Assembly (NCBI GenBank): GCA_963736015.1
Contig: CAVTNG010000007.1
Span: forward strand, 171,803-235,802
Length of the DNA: 64,000 nucleotides
From: an uncultured Chloroflexia bacterium
Lineage (GTDB): Bacteria > Chloroflexota > Dehalococcoidia > DSTF01 > JACRBR01
Reading direction: 5' to 3'
Part shown: positions 20,737 to 31,842 of the stretch, in pieces
Position numbering within the stretch: position 1 is the first letter of the stretch
Layout of the letters: each line of letters opens with the position of its first letter
Notes under the pieces: model-generated
The model's input: only the letters and a program-made list of their open reading frames with translations
Database searches by the model: none
What the model was told of the DNA's origin: nothing
Position numbers and translations under genes: made by a program

Positions 20737-21153
20737 ATGCACGTAACGATCGATGGGTTCGGCGGAAACCCTGCGCAGCTCTCCAACGTGGAACTGGTCC
20801 GCAACCTGCTCGACCGCTATCCGGACGAAATCGGAATGACGAAGATCTCGGAGCCGCACGTCTTCGAGTATCGGGGTGAAAAGCCGGACGACTGGGGCGT
20901 GTCGGGGTTCGTCCTCATCGCCGAGAGCCACATCGCTATCCACACCTTCCCCGAGCACGAGCAGGTCTGGGTGGACATCTTCTCCTGCAAGGGGTTCGAT
21001 GAGCTGCCCGCCATCGACCGCATTGTCGATGCCTTCACGCTGTCCAGCACGCGTGTGCACAAGCTCGAGCGCGGCCTCGAGTACCCGCACGACGTGGGCG
21101 CCAGCATCCCCCTCAACCGCACCGAACGCCGCGAGGTGACCCCGGTCGCCTGA
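20737..21153 (+). CDS. speH: S-adenosylmethionine decarboxylase proenzyme, pyruvoyl type (SpeH/SpeD), intact
   Basis: 138 aa; SGFVLIAESHIAIHTFPE processing motif; GGAAAGGA RBS. Confidence 0.8.
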   Translation: MHVTIDGFGGNPAQLSNVELVRNLLDRYPDEIGMTKISEPHVFEYRGEKPDDWGVSGFVLIAESHIAIHTFPEHEQVWVDIFSCKGFDELPAIDRIVDAFTLSSTRVHKLERGLEYPHDVGASIPLNRTERREVTPVA

Positions 21154-21265
21154 GGCGGCGCGCCCTAACGTAGCCGTACCCGCGGACCTCATCCGAGGTC
21201 CGCGTTTGTCGTTTCGCCTGAACTGGCTTGACGCCGGGCCGACGCCTCCGTGATAAGATCGCGCG

Positions 21266-22606
21266 ATGGAGCAGCGGGTCCAGTTCTGCACAACGAGCGA
21301 CGGCGTCCAGATCGCCTACAGCGTGATGGGCGAGGGCTATCCGCTCGTCCTCGTGCCCGGCTGGGTGAGCCACCTCGAGCTGGATATGGAGCCCGATTCC
21401 CCGAACCGCGAGTTCTTCGAACGCCTGGCCGAACGCTACATGCTCGTCCGCTACGACAAGCGCGGCACAGGGCTCTCCGACCGCGGCGCAACCGACTTCA
21501 GCCTGGAGCCACGACTGCGCGACCTCGCTGCCGTGATCGATCGCCTCAAGCTCAACCGCTACGCCATGCGCGGTCAGTCCGAGGGCGGCCCGGTGGCGAT
21601 CGCGCACGCCGTGCGGCACCCGGAGCGCGTCTCACACCTGATCCTGCTCGGCACCTTCGCGCACATCGGCCACTCGGAGACCACTGACGCCCTCATCGCG
21701 CTCATTGGCGCGGAGTGGGGCCTGGGTTCCGCGACGATGGCCAGCATCTTCGTGCCATCGGCATCGAAGGAAATCCAGGAGCGGTTCGTCCGCTTCCAGC
21801 GCGAAGCGGCGACGAGGACCGATGCCGCCGCGATGCTCAAGGCGAACGTCGAGACGGACGTGCGCGATCTGCTGCCGCAGGTGCAGGCGCCCACGCTTGT
21901 CATCCACAGCGAAACGGACAGGGCCGTTCCGTTCGAACACGCGCGCCGTCTCGCCGCCACGATCCCGAACGCCACGCTGGCGCAGTACAAGGGCGACCAT
22001 GCGCCCATCGATGCGTACGACAGGATCCTCGAGCTGATGGAGGACTTCGTGCAGCCGGAGAGCGTAGCCGACGCGCAATCCGAGGTCGCGGCCGCGCCTT
22101 CGGGCTTGCTCACGATCATGTTCACGGACATCGAAGCATCGACGTCGATGACGCAACGTCTCGGCGATGCCGGCGCGCAGGAGGTGCTGCGCGGTCACAA
22201 CGAGGTCATCCGCGCCGCGCTCAAGGACAACGGCGGCACCGAGGTGAAGCACACCGGCGACGGCATCATGGCCTCGTTCGGCAAGGCATCGTCTGCGCTC
22301 GGCTGCGCGGCGTCGATCCAGCAGGCGTTCGAGGCGCGTAACGAGACCAACCCCGACTCGCGCGTACGGGTGCGCATCGGCCTCAACGCCGGCGAGCCGG
22401 TGGCCGAGGACGGCGACCTCTTCGGAACGGCGGTGCAGATGGCCGCGCGCATCTGCGCCCGCGCCGAGCCCGGCCAGATCCTGGCGGCGAACGTCGTGCG
22501 GGAGCTGGCGGCCGGCAAGCAGTTCCTCTTCGCCGACCACGGCGACGTCGTCTTGCGCGGCTTCGAGGACCCCGTCCACGTCTTCGAGGTCAGCTGGCGG
22601 CGGTAG
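21266..22606 (+). CDS. alpha/beta-hydrolase fused to class III adenylate/guanylate cyclase domain (LipJ-like architecture), intact
   Basis: 446 aa; N-term hydrolase fold (VLVPGWVSHLE...RGQSEGGPVA); C-term CHD LLTIMFTDIEASTSMTQRLGD...VKHTGDGIMASF. Confidence 0.75.
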   Translation: MEQRVQFCTTSDGVQIAYSVMGEGYPLVLVPGWVSHLELDMEPDSPNREFFERLAERYMLVRYDKRGTGLSDRGATDFSLEPRLRDLAAVIDRLKLNRYAMRGQSEGGPVAIAHAVRHPERVSHLILLGTFAHIGHSETTDALIALIGAEWGLGSATMASIFVPSASKEIQERFVRFQREAATRTDAAAMLKANVETDVRDLLPQVQAPTLVIHSETDRAVPFEHARRLAATIPNATLAQYKGDHAPIDAYDRILELMEDFVQPESVADAQSEVAAAPSGLLTIMFTDIEASTSMTQRLGDAGAQEVLRGHNEVIRAALKDNGGTEVKHTGDGIMASFGKASSALGCAASIQQAFEARNETNPDSRVRVRIGLNAGEPVAEDGDLFGTAVQMAARICARAEPGQILAANVVRELAAGKQFLFADHGDVVLRGFEDPVHVFEVSWRR

Positions 22607-22851
22607 CGGCGGGATCGCGCTGAGTCGTCATGCGGGGTGCCCCGGCCTGTCATTCTGAGCGTCGCGAAGAATCTAGCCCGTGATGGCACGGCCTCATCAA
22701 ACGTGCACGCGGGGTCGTTGGATGCGCTCCCGATCGGCTGCGGCGTGTCCTTCCAGCGATCGCCCTGACCGGAGAAGATCCCTCGCTACGCTCGGATGAC
22801 ATGCGTGGAGCCGAACCTGCTACCATAACCACTGCCGGGAGGTGACATACC

Positions 22852-24819
22852 GTGCCAGCCTTACGTTCCCTTGACTCCGTCTTCGCCCGCGTCCAGAAGC
22901 CGGCCCGGTACACGGGCGGCGAGTTCAACTCGATCACGAAGGACTGGGACGCCTGCGACGTGCGCGTCGCGCTCGCCTACCCCGACCTCTACGACATCGG
23001 CATGTCGAACCTGGGGCTGGGCATCCTCTACGACATCGTCAACCGGCGCGAGGGCATGCTCGCCGAGCGCGTCTTCGCGCCCTGGTCCGACCTCGAGGCG
23101 ATCATGCGCGCGGAGTCGATCCCGCTCTGGAGCCTCGAGACGCGGCACCCCCTGCGCGAGTTCGATGTCATCGGCTTCTCGCTGAGCTACGAGGGCACGT
23201 ACACCAACATCCTCAACATGCTCGACCTGGCGGGCCTGCCCGTGCGCGCCGAGGAGCGCACCGACGCGCACCCGCTGATCATCTGCGGCGGCTCCGGCGC
23301 GCTGAACCCCGATGCGCTCGCTGACTTCGTCGACGTCTTCTGCCTGGGCGATGGCGAGGAGACGATCCTCGATGTCGTCGACTTCGTGCGCGAGTGGAAG
23401 CGCCAGGGCCGCGGCACGCGCGAGGAGATGCTGCTGCGCCTCGCGAAGATCTGGGGCATCTACATCCCGCGCTTCTACCAGCCCGAGTACAACGCCGACG
23501 GCACGATCAAGGCGGTCGCGCCCGTCGTCGAGGGCCTGCCGCCGCGCGTGACGAAGCGCTTCGTGCAGGAGCTGCCGCCAGCACTGACCACGCCCATCGT
23601 CCCGTACCTGCAGACCGTGCACGACCGCGCCGCCATCGAGATCCAGCGCGGGTGCACGCAAGGCTGCCGCTTCTGCCAGGCCGGCATCATCTACCGCCCG
23701 CGGCTCGAGCGCTCGCCCGAGGAGGTGCTGCAGGCGGCGAAGGACCTGGTGCGCAACACCGGGTACGACGAGTTGTCGCTCGTCTCGCTCAGCACGACCG
23801 ACCACTCGCGCATCGTGCCGATGGTCGATGGCCTGCGCGCGGAGTTCGGCGGGACGCTGACGATGTCGCTGCCCTCGATGCGCGTGGACAGCTTCTCGGT
23901 GCGCATCGCCGAGGCGGTCGCGACGCGCGGCAAGCACAGCATCACCTTCGCGCCGGAGGCGGGGACGGAGCGCCTGCGCATGACGATCAACAAGATCGTC
24001 ACCGACGACCAGCTATACGAGGCGGCGGAGAACGCCTTCTCGACCGGCTGGAGCAACGTAAAGATGTACTTCATGGTCGGCCAGCCGACGGAGACGCACG
24101 AGGACATCGAGGGCATCGTCACGCTGGCGAAGCGTGTGCGCGAGATCGGGCGCCGGCACCACGGCGGCCGCGCGCGTGTGCGCGTCAGCACATCGAACTT
24201 CATCCCGAAGGCGCACACGCCGTTCCAGTGGGCGTCGCAGGCGCGCCCCGAAGTCCTGCGCGCGCGCCACCACTACCTCCGCGACGCGCTGAAGAAGGCG
24301 GGCGTGCAGTTCTCGTGGGAGGACCCGGAGCACAGCCTGCTCGAAGCGGTGCTCTCGCGCGGCGACCGTCGCCTGGGCGGCGCGATCCAGCGCGCGTGGC
24401 AGGCGGGCGCGCGCTTCGATGCCTGGCACGAGCACTACGACTGGCCGCGCTGGGAGCAGGCGCTCGCCGACAGCGGCCTCGATGCGGGGTTCTTCGCCTA
24501 CCGCGAGCCGGGGCTGTGGGATCCGTTCCCGTGGTCGCACATCAACATCGGCGTCACGGAGTCGTACCTGCGCGCGGAGTGGCTGCGCACGCTGAAGGGC
24601 CAGCAGACGGCCGACTGCCACAAGGAGCCGTGCAACGTCTGCGGCGTGCAGAACCAGAACGCGACCGATTGCCTCGACCGCCTCGACCTGCGTCTCGCCG
24701 CGCAGGGCAAGCCGCGCGAAGGACCGCACCGGCCTCGTGCGCCCGATCGAGATGTTCTCGCTGACGTAGGTTCGGGTGCAGCACGGGGCCACAGAGAGCG
24801 CAGAGGTTGGTTGGGGTGA
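22852..24819 (+). CDS. radical SAM protein with N-terminal B12-binding-like domain (TIGR03960 family)
   Basis: 655 aa; VALAYPDLYDIGMSNLG...; CTQGCRFCQAG radical-SAM cysteine motif; GTG start with GGGAGG RBS; last about 40 aa may be off-frame. Confidence 0.7.
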   Translation: MPALRSLDSVFARVQKPARYTGGEFNSITKDWDACDVRVALAYPDLYDIGMSNLGLGILYDIVNRREGMLAERVFAPWSDLEAIMRAESIPLWSLETRHPLREFDVIGFSLSYEGTYTNILNMLDLAGLPVRAEERTDAHPLIICGGSGALNPDALADFVDVFCLGDGEETILDVVDFVREWKRQGRGTREEMLLRLAKIWGIYIPRFYQPEYNADGTIKAVAPVVEGLPPRVTKRFVQELPPALTTPIVPYLQTVHDRAAIEIQRGCTQGCRFCQAGIIYRPRLERSPEEVLQAAKDLVRNTGYDELSLVSLSTTDHSRIVPMVDGLRAEFGGTLTMSLPSMRVDSFSVRIAEAVATRGKHSITFAPEAGTERLRMTINKIVTDDQLYEAAENAFSTGWSNVKMYFMVGQPTETHEDIEGIVTLAKRVREIGRRHHGGRARVRVSTSNFIPKAHTPFQWASQARPEVLRARHHYLRDALKKAGVQFSWEDPEHSLLEAVLSRGDRRLGGAIQRAWQAGARFDAWHEHYDWPRWEQALADSGLDAGFFAYREPGLWDPFPWSHINIGVTESYLRAEWLRTLKGQQTADCHKEPCNVCGVQNQNATDCLDRLDLRLAAQGKPREGPHRPRAPDRDVLADVGSGAARGHRERRGWLG

Positions 24820-24840
24820 ATCGAACTTGCGGTCGGGCTG

Positions 24841-25378
24841 ATGCTTGTTGTCGGTAGCGGCGTGTTGGGAACGGTGCGGGCGGCGTCCGCCGAACAAGCG
24901 TCAATGGATATAAGCCCTGCGACGGGGCCGTGCGATGCTACCGTAACGATCACGCTTGACGGCATCACGCCGAACTCGGAAACGCCGATCGATATTGCGC
25001 GGCCGTCATCGGACGAGACTCTCGGCCGCGTCGGCTTCATCTCCGTCGATGCAAGTGGGCACGGGGAGCAGATGGTGACACTCGGCGCGCCCGGTTGTCA
25101 GGCCGCGGCGCTTGACGACCGGCTCGGCGGCTCGCAACCTGGGCATGTCGCGCAGATCCACCTCTATACAGGCTTCAATCCGGATACGTTGAGCGTCCAA
25201 ACGCGGACAACCTATGGCTACACGACCACGCAGACCGACTCCGGACGGCTACCCGCCGTGGGATCGGGGGACGCCCAAATCGGACAGCACAGCATTCTCC
25301 GTCGGTGGCCCTCATCGCCGGCCTGACAGGCGCCGCGCTCGTCGGTGGTGTCGCCGCGAGGCTGACTCGCCGCCTGTA
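24841..25378 (+). CDS. hypothetical exported protein with C-terminal hydrophobic anchor (frameshift near 25290)
   Basis: ORF 24841..25326 plus in-frame tail VALIAGLTGAALVGGVAARLTRRL* in the next frame. Confidence 0.3.
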
Positions 25379-25463
25379 GACCGCGGTTCTGTCACTTCCC
25401 GCGTCTCACCCGCGATTGACAGCCCATGCGATAATGGCATCCCACACACAGGAGGCCCGCATC

Positions 25464-26346
25464 ATGACCACCGACACCACTACCACCGAGATCATCGAGA
25501 AGAGCGGAGTGCTCGTCGGGCCGCACCGGCGGCCGCGTAACCTGGCGATTAACCAGCGGGGCAGCATCCACGACGACGCGACGGCGCAGAAGCTCGGCTT
25601 CCGCGGCGGCACCGTCGCCGGCTCGATCCACATGGAGCAGTTCCCGCCGATCCTCGTGCGCGCATTCGGCGAGCGCTGGTTCGAGAGCGGCAGCCTCTCC
25701 TGCTACTTCCGCAACGCCACCGTCGACAACGAGGCCGTGCGCCCGCTCGTGGAGGTTCCGCCGACTGGCGCGGCCGATGCGCAGATCAACATCTGGATGG
25801 AGCGCGACGACGGCATGCAGGTGCTCGAAGGGCACAGCGTCAGTCGGCGATCCGGCCGAGCCATCGATGCTGCGGCGAAAGCTCGCGGAGCCACGCGAGC
25901 GCGGCGAGCTGCGCATCCTCGCCGACCTCAACGCCGGCGACGCACTCGATACCGTCCCGGTGCGCCTCACACGCAAGGAGTCCGCGCCGCGCCTAGAAGT
26001 GATCACAGAGCCGATGTCCTGGTACGAGGACGCGTCGCCTTGGGGCGGCGCCGTCGTCAACCCCGGCCTCGTCGTGCATATGATGGTGCAGGCTCAGGCC
26101 AGCATGCGCACGCGCGCGCGCGCCGTCGGCCTCTATGGCGCGATCGAGGTGCGGCACCTGCGCGGCCCCGTCTTCGCCGAGCACGACTACGAGGTCTCGG
26201 GCACGATCCTCGCGCTCGGCGACACGCCGAAGACGGAGTACCTCTGGTACGAGACCATCATGCGCGAGCCCGGCGGCCCCGGCGTCGCATCGATGCTGAT
26301 GATGCTGCGCTTCATGAAGGGCTCATCGAAGCTCTGGGCTGAGTGA
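25464..26346 (+). CDS. MaoC-like (hot-dog fold) dehydratase-type protein, probably double hot-dog; one frameshift near 25830
   Basis: MTTDTTTTEIIEK...GSIHDDATAQKLGFRGGTVAGSIHMEQF (MaoC motif) then second segment ORF 25777..26346; AGGAGG RBS. Confidence 0.4.
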
Positions 26347-26407
26347 CCGTTGCTCTCACGGCGAACGCGTCCGTCTGCGCGCGCTCGAACCCGGCGACGC
26401 GCCCACG

Positions 26408-26917
26408 ATGTGGCGCTGGTATCGCGACCACGAGTTCAGCCTGCTCGACGGCAACCCCTATCCCTCGTCGCTCGGCGCCATAGAAGGCTTCATCCGCTCG
26501 CTACCGGCGCCGTCGTACTCGGACGTGTCGCTCGGGATCGAGATAGAAGATCGAGAACTGATCGGCATCGTCCGCCTGAAGCGCGGCGCGCAGGAAGATC
26601 GCCGCGCGGACTTCGGCATCGCGATCGAGCGCGCGCGCTGGGAGCAGGGGTACGGCACTGATACCACGCGGACGATCCTGCGCTTCGCGTTCGAGGAGAT
26701 GGGGCTACATCGCGTCGAGCTGGGCGTGCTGGACTCGAACGAGCGCGCGCATCACGTGTACGCGAAGTGCGGCTTCCGCGACGAGGCTCGATTGCGCCAG
26801 CGGCACTATCGCCTCGGCGCATGGCGTGACGTGATCCTCATGGGCATCCTGCGAGACGAGTTCCAGAGCGCGCTCGTGAGCAGGCGAGATGCCGCTGCGA
26901 TGCGTCGGGACGGATAG
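26408..26917 (+). CDS. GNAT family N-acetyltransferase (N-terminus may extend upstream to about 26345 with a non-ATG start)
   Basis: ...RWEQGYGTDTTRTILRFAFEEMGLHRVELGVLDSNERAHHVYAKCGF. Confidence 0.7.
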   Translation: MWRWYRDHEFSLLDGNPYPSSLGAIEGFIRSLPAPSYSDVSLGIEIEDRELIGIVRLKRGAQEDRRADFGIAIERARWEQGYGTDTTRTILRFAFEEMGLHRVELGVLDSNERAHHVYAKCGFRDEARLRQRHYRLGAWRDVILMGILRDEFQSALVSRRDAAAMRRDG

Positions 26918-26947
26918 TTGAAGCCCTGTGCTGAGTAGCCGCGGTCA

Positions 26948-28261
26948 TCAGCCCGCGCGCACGGCGAATACGCGCACCGGCTCGGCGATACCCTTGAGCT
27001 CGTACTCGCCGCGATCTCCGAACGTCACTCCTGCCGACGATCGCGCCATCCCTCGCACGACGTCCGACACCAGGATCTCGCCGGGTGCGGAGAGCCCGCA
27101 GATCCGCGCGGCGATGTTCACCGCGCCGCCGTACACATTGTTGGACTCGACGATCACATCGCCCGCATGCAGGCCGATGTGCAGCGGCAGCCCCGCGTCG
27201 TCACCCGCCGCGAGCACAGCGAGCGCGCCTCGTACGCCCTCGGACGCCGACTGGAACGTCGCGAGCACGCCATCACCCACCAGCTTGCCCTCAATGAGGG
27301 TGCCGCCGTGGCCTTCGATGACCGACCGGAGCGTGCCGTCCAGCCCGCGCGCCCTTGCCCGGAACGACTCGTCGCCGAGTGCCTCCGTCAGACCCGTCGA
27401 ATCCGCGATGTCCGCAAACAACAGCAGGGCCATCCTCTGCGGCGGAGACACCGGCACGGCCAGTTCGGGCACGCCGAGAAAGCTCCACGTCGCGGCCGGC
27501 ATCGCCTGCACTTCTTCCTCGGTTTCCATCTCGACCAGTTGCGCGTTCGGGAGCGTCGCCGCGATCCGCCGCGTTGGCTCCAGGAAGATCGCCTGCGGGC
27601 CCGCCCGATTCGCGATAAGCAGGGTCGGGCACGTCACATGAGGGAGGATGCCTTCCACATTCCAGGAGGTGACCTGCTCGAAGAAGGTCAGCAGGGAGGC
27701 CGGCGTCGTGCTCGCGCGGATCATCTCGGCGATGCTCGCCGCCAACTCGTGGTCCCCCCAGCCGAGCGCGACTCGGGCGAGCGTTTCCGTGGTGATGGTC
27801 CAGTCCCGTTCGGCGAGCGAAACGATAGCCGCCGTGGAGGGATCGGCGATTTCGTCGAACCGCGAAAACGCGCGGTTCAGGACGAGGTGTGAAACCCGTT
27901 GCGGGTTGCGTGCGGCGTAGGTCAGCGCGATCGGGGTCGCAAGCCCCGTTGCGTCCAGGGCGAAGGTCTCGCATCCGACGCGATCTACAACGGCCTCGAT
28001 GTCATCCGCGCACGCGTCGAGCGAGAAGTCAAGAGCGTCCCGCTGCGACCGCCCGAAGCCGTGCAGATCGAATCGCACGAGCGTCCGGTATCGCGCGACG
28101 CGGTCGGCGTGGAGCCTGGACCCCGGCAGGTCGAGCTCCATCTCCAGGTTGCTGACGGGCACCGAGGGAATGGCGACGATCGCCGGGCCGTTGCCGGCCA
28201 CGTGGTAGGCGATGGTGACGCCGCTGCGGGTCTTCGTATAGAGCGCTCGGACATCGCTCAC
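26948..28261 (-). CDS. alpha/beta-hydrolase--class III nucleotide cyclase fusion protein, paralog 2 (intact)
   Basis: 437 aa; C-term LLFADIADSTGLTEALGD...GDGVLATF...GLHAGDV; same architecture as 21266..22606. Confidence 0.75.
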   Translation of the reverse strand: MSDVRALYTKTRSGVTIAYHVAGNGPAIVAIPSVPVSNLEMELDLPGSRLHADRVARYRTLVRFDLHGFGRSQRDALDFSLDACADDIEAVVDRVGCETFALDATGLATPIALTYAARNPQRVSHLVLNRAFSRFDEIADPSTAAIVSLAERDWTITTETLARVALGWGDHELAASIAEMIRASTTPASLLTFFEQVTSWNVEGILPHVTCPTLLIANRAGPQAIFLEPTRRIAATLPNAQLVEMETEEEVQAMPAATWSFLGVPELAVPVSPPQRMALLLFADIADSTGLTEALGDESFRARARGLDGTLRSVIEGHGGTLIEGKLVGDGVLATFQSASEGVRGALAVLAAGDDAGLPLHIGLHAGDVIVESNNVYGGAVNIAARICGLSAPGEILVSDVVRGMARSSAGVTFGDRGEYELKGIAEPVRVFAVRAG

Positions 28262-29599
28262 TCGACGACCGCCTCCCGCACCGCAAACACTCGCTGGGGT
28301 TCGGCAATCCCTTTGAGTGCGTGCTCACCGCGATCCTCGAACGTCACGCCGGCGGAACTGCGGGCGAGATCGGCGACGGTGCGCGAGACGAGGACCTCGC
28401 CCGGAGGCGCGAGCGCGCTGATGCGCGAGGCGATGCTGACCGCGCTGCCGAATACGTTGCTCCGGCCGTCTGCATCGACCTCGCGGAGCACGTCTCCGGC
28501 ATGGAGGCCGATATGGAGGCCGAGGCCCGTCGGACGCGGCGGCGGCCTCCAACGTAAGGGCTGCCGCGATGGCCTGCGAGGCTGCGGGGAACGTCGCGAG
28601 GATGCCATCGCCGAGGGTCTTCCCATCGACCACCGTGCCTCCGTGGTCGCGCACGGCGATGCGCAGCGCCTCGTCGAGGGGGCGTGCCTGTTCGCGGAAG
28701 GCGGCGTCGCCGATGCGCACGGTATGCGCGGTGTGGTCGGCGATGTCGGCGAAGAGGATGACGGCGGTTCCTGATGCCAACGCGTCGTCGCCCTCCCCGT
28801 GCGCGGCCAGGAACTGCTCGACGATTGTCGCGTACGTTTGTTCGGAGCCCGGCTTGATGGTGGCGAACTCCGCGTTCGGCAGCAGCGTGACAAGCTTCTT
28901 CCCGAAGCGACTCGCTTCTTGAGTGCGCCCTCCAACGGCGGTTGGGGACGTGTCCTCGATGACCAGGGCTGGCGACGTCACGTTGGGCAACTCAGGCGTC
29001 GAGTCGAGTTGCTCAAGCTCGCTCATCACACGGTCCCAGGACTCTGCCGTGAACTGTCTTGAGGTGTGTTCTACCCATCTCTTCGCACCGCGCGCTCGGT
29101 CCCATCCGAACGTACGCAGCGCGGCCAGCTGCAGGTACTCGTGAAAATGCGTCTGCTCAATCACGGGGAGACCGGCGAGCGCCGCCCTCCGCATCGACGA
29201 GCCCGGTGGTGAGGGATTCCAGAGCGCGAGCCGCCGTACGCGCTCAGGATGCCGCGCGACATATGCCAGGGCGGTCTGGGCAGGCGTCAGGTGTCCCAGA
29301 AGGTCGAATCGATCGAACTGGAGTGCGTCGGCGACGGCCTCAACGTCCCGGACCGAGGATTCGAGGGTGTACTCCGGTTCGGAACCGGCGGAAAGGCCAA
29401 GCCCGCGCGGGTCCCAGATTACGACCGTGCGGTGATCCGCAAGTGAGAGCCACGGTGCGTCACTGTCCGAAGCAAGCTCATCGTCGACGGCCAGTCGCAG
29501 GATCGCCCGCACAATGAGAAGCGGCGGACCGCTACCGGCGATGGCGTAGGCGATGTCCGCTCCATCGGACGTTCGCGCGTATCGAATGCGCGGCTCCAT
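28258..29599 (-). CDS. alpha/beta-hydrolase--class III nucleotide cyclase fusion protein, paralog 3 (frameshift about 28530 inside the cyclase domain)
   Basis: ORF 28325..29599 gives hydrolase part and ILFADIADHTAHTVRIGD...GDGILATF; cyclase C-term GLHAGDVLREVDADGRSNVFGSAVSIASRI...GIAEPQRVFAV in ORF 28258..28935 frame; ATGA overlap with paralog 2. Confidence 0.65.
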
Positions 29600-29841
29600 C
29601 AGCCCGCCCCCGGCACGCGCACCGCATACACACGCACCGGCTTGGCGATGACCTTGAGTGCGTGGTCCCCGCGGTCGTCGAACATGACGCCCGCGGAGGT
29701 GCGTGCCAGATCGGCGACGGTGCGTGAGACGAGCGCCTCGCCGGGTTCGGCGAGGGTGCTGATGCGTGCGGCGATGTTGACGGTACCGCCAAAGACGTTG
29801 CTCCGCCCGCCGGGGTCGCGTTTACGGACCATCGGCGCCAT
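29599..29841 (-). pseudogene. 3' remnant (last about 75 codons) of a further cyclase-domain paralog
   Basis: GGRSNVFGGTVNIAARISTLAEPGEALVSRTVADLARTSAGVMFDDRGDHALKVIAKPVRVYAVR; no upstream hydrolase domain; abuts proS upstream region. Confidence 0.55.
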
Positions 29842-29918
29842 TATCGCCGCGTCCGCGGTTTGAAGTCACGCAGCAGCGCGCGTACTGCCACCCGCGCACG
29901 TCCGATAGAATCCGCCAC

Positions 29919-31633
29919 ATGCGAATGTCCCGCCTCTTCGGCAAGACGCTCCGCAACGCACCCGCCGAGGCCGAGACGCCGAACCACCAGCTCATGCTGC
30001 GCGCGGGGCTCGTGCAGCAGCTCGCGGCCGGCATCTACTCTTACCTGCCCACCGGCTGGAAGGTGATGCGCAAGATCGAGCAGATCATCCGCGAGGAGAT
30101 GGACCGCGCGGGCGGGCAGGAGATCGTCATGCCCGTCGTGCAGCCCGCCGAGCTGTGGGAGCTGTCCGGCCGCGCCCGGACCATGCACGACGTCCTCTTC
30201 CACCTGAAGGACCGCCGCGAGCGCGACCTCGTCCTCGGCCCGACGCACGAGGAAGTGATCGTCGATCTCTTCAAGAAGCAGGTGCAGAGCTACCGCGACA
30301 TGCCGCTCATGGTCTACCAGATCCAGACGAAGCTCCGTGACGAAGCGCGCCCGCGCGGCGGCCTGATGCGCGTGCGCGAGTTCACCATGAAGGACGCCTA
30401 CTCCTTCGACGAGAGCTGGGAGAAGCTCGACGACTCCTACGACGCCGCGCGCGAGGCCTACGTCCGCATCTTCGAGCGCTGCGGCGTGCCGACGGTGCCC
30501 GTGCAGGCCGACTCCGGCGCGATCGGCGGCAAGGACAGCGAGGAGTTCATGTTCATCGCCGACTCCGGCGAGGACACCGTCCTCTTCTGCCGAACTGCGA
30601 CTACGCCGCCAACGACGAGAAGGCCGGACACCGGAAGCGGCGAGTTGCCGCCCGAGGAGCCGCTCCCGCTCGAAGAGGTCGCCACGCCAGGCCAGAAGAC
30701 GATCGATGACCTGGTGAAGTTCCTCGGCGTGCCGCACGACGAGGACGCTGAAGGCCGTCTTTTACGAGGCCGACGGCGAGCCCGTGTTCGTCGCCATCCG
30801 CGGCGACCTCGAGGTGAACGAGGTCAAGCTCGCGAACGCGCTCAAGGCTACGACGGTCGCGATGCTCGACGACGACGGGCGTCCGCAAGCACGGCCTCGT
30901 CGCCGGTTCGGCGTCGCCCGTCGGCCTCAAGGACATCCGCACCATCGCCGATGACACGGTGCTGACGTCGCCCAACCTCGTCGCCGGCGCCAACAAGCCG
31001 GACACGCACTACCGCAACGTCAACCACGGCCGCGACTGGAGCGCCGACTGTCGTCACGGACATCTCGCTCGCGCGCGAGGGCGACCTCTGCCCGCGATGC
31101 GGCGGCGCGGCTCGCAGGCCAAGCGCGCGTACGAGATGGGCCACGTCTTCAAGCTCGGGCACGATGTACACGGAGAAGATGGACGCGCTCTTCACCGACG
31201 AGAACGGCGATCTGCAAGCCGGCCGTCATGGGCTGCTACGGCATCGGCGTCGGCCGCGTGTTCGCCGGCGCGATCGAGGCCAACCACGACGAGCGCGGCA
31301 TCATCTGGCCGGCCGGAGCTGGCGCCGTACGACGTGCACCTCGTCGCGCTCGGCTTCGACAAGCCGGGTGTGCGCGAGAGCGCGGAGCAGGTGTACCAGC
31401 AGCTCCAGGACGCCGGGCTCGAGGTGCTCTACGACGACCGCGAGGAGGGCACCGCCGGCGTGAAGTTCAACGACGCCGACCTGCTCGGCATGCCCGTACG
31501 CGTCACCGTAAGCCCCCGCAGCATCGAAGAACGGCGGCGCCGAGGTGAAGCGCCGCACGGAGAAGGACGCCCGCGTCGTCCCGCTCACAGACGCAGCTTC
31601 AGCGGTGAAGGAACTCGTGCCGCAACGCACCTA
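29919..31633 (+). CDS. proS: prolyl-tRNA synthetase (bacterial type), split into at least 6 frame segments
   Basis: [47 protein letters not shown]...; later segments [96 protein letters not shown], ...ELVPQRT*. Confidence 0.7.
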
Positions 31634-31711
31634 GCCTGCGCAGGCCATGTCATTCCGGGTGTACCGAGGAGTCTCTCGTCTGCGGACTGAAGCGCCCCGA
31701 ATCGACGCGTC

Positions 31712-31750
31712 GCTCGCCTCACTTCCCACTCCCGGCTTCTCGCCTCTTAC
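31712..31750. repeat. half-copy of the purine-rich intergenic repeat (CGCCTCACTTCCCACTCCCGGCTTCTCGCCTC)
   Basis: shares CACTTCCC and CTTCTCGCCTC blocks with 15887-15935. Confidence 0.3.
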
Positions 31751-31842
31751 TTTCGGGGATCCCACATCCCGCCCGTGGATAACCCCCACCCCATCCGTTA
31801 CCATCGGCAGGTTGACTCGCGTGTGCTGATGCGGAGGTCTGG

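Noticed and set aside
22625-22680. GTCATTCTGAGCGTCGCGAAGAATC motif between the cyclase and radical SAM genes, considered as a hairpin or REP
   Set aside because: Only a 5-bp inverted match (ATTCT/AGAAT) and a single copy in the window; insufficient to call a structured element.
26948-29841. Possibility that the hydrolase-cyclase array is a Pycsar/CBASS-like cyclic-nucleotide defence system
   Set aside because: No adjacent effector gene with a TIR, TM-only or cNMP-binding domain. The cyclase is fused to a hydrolase as in LipJ-type signalling proteins, and the neighbours are housekeeping genes.
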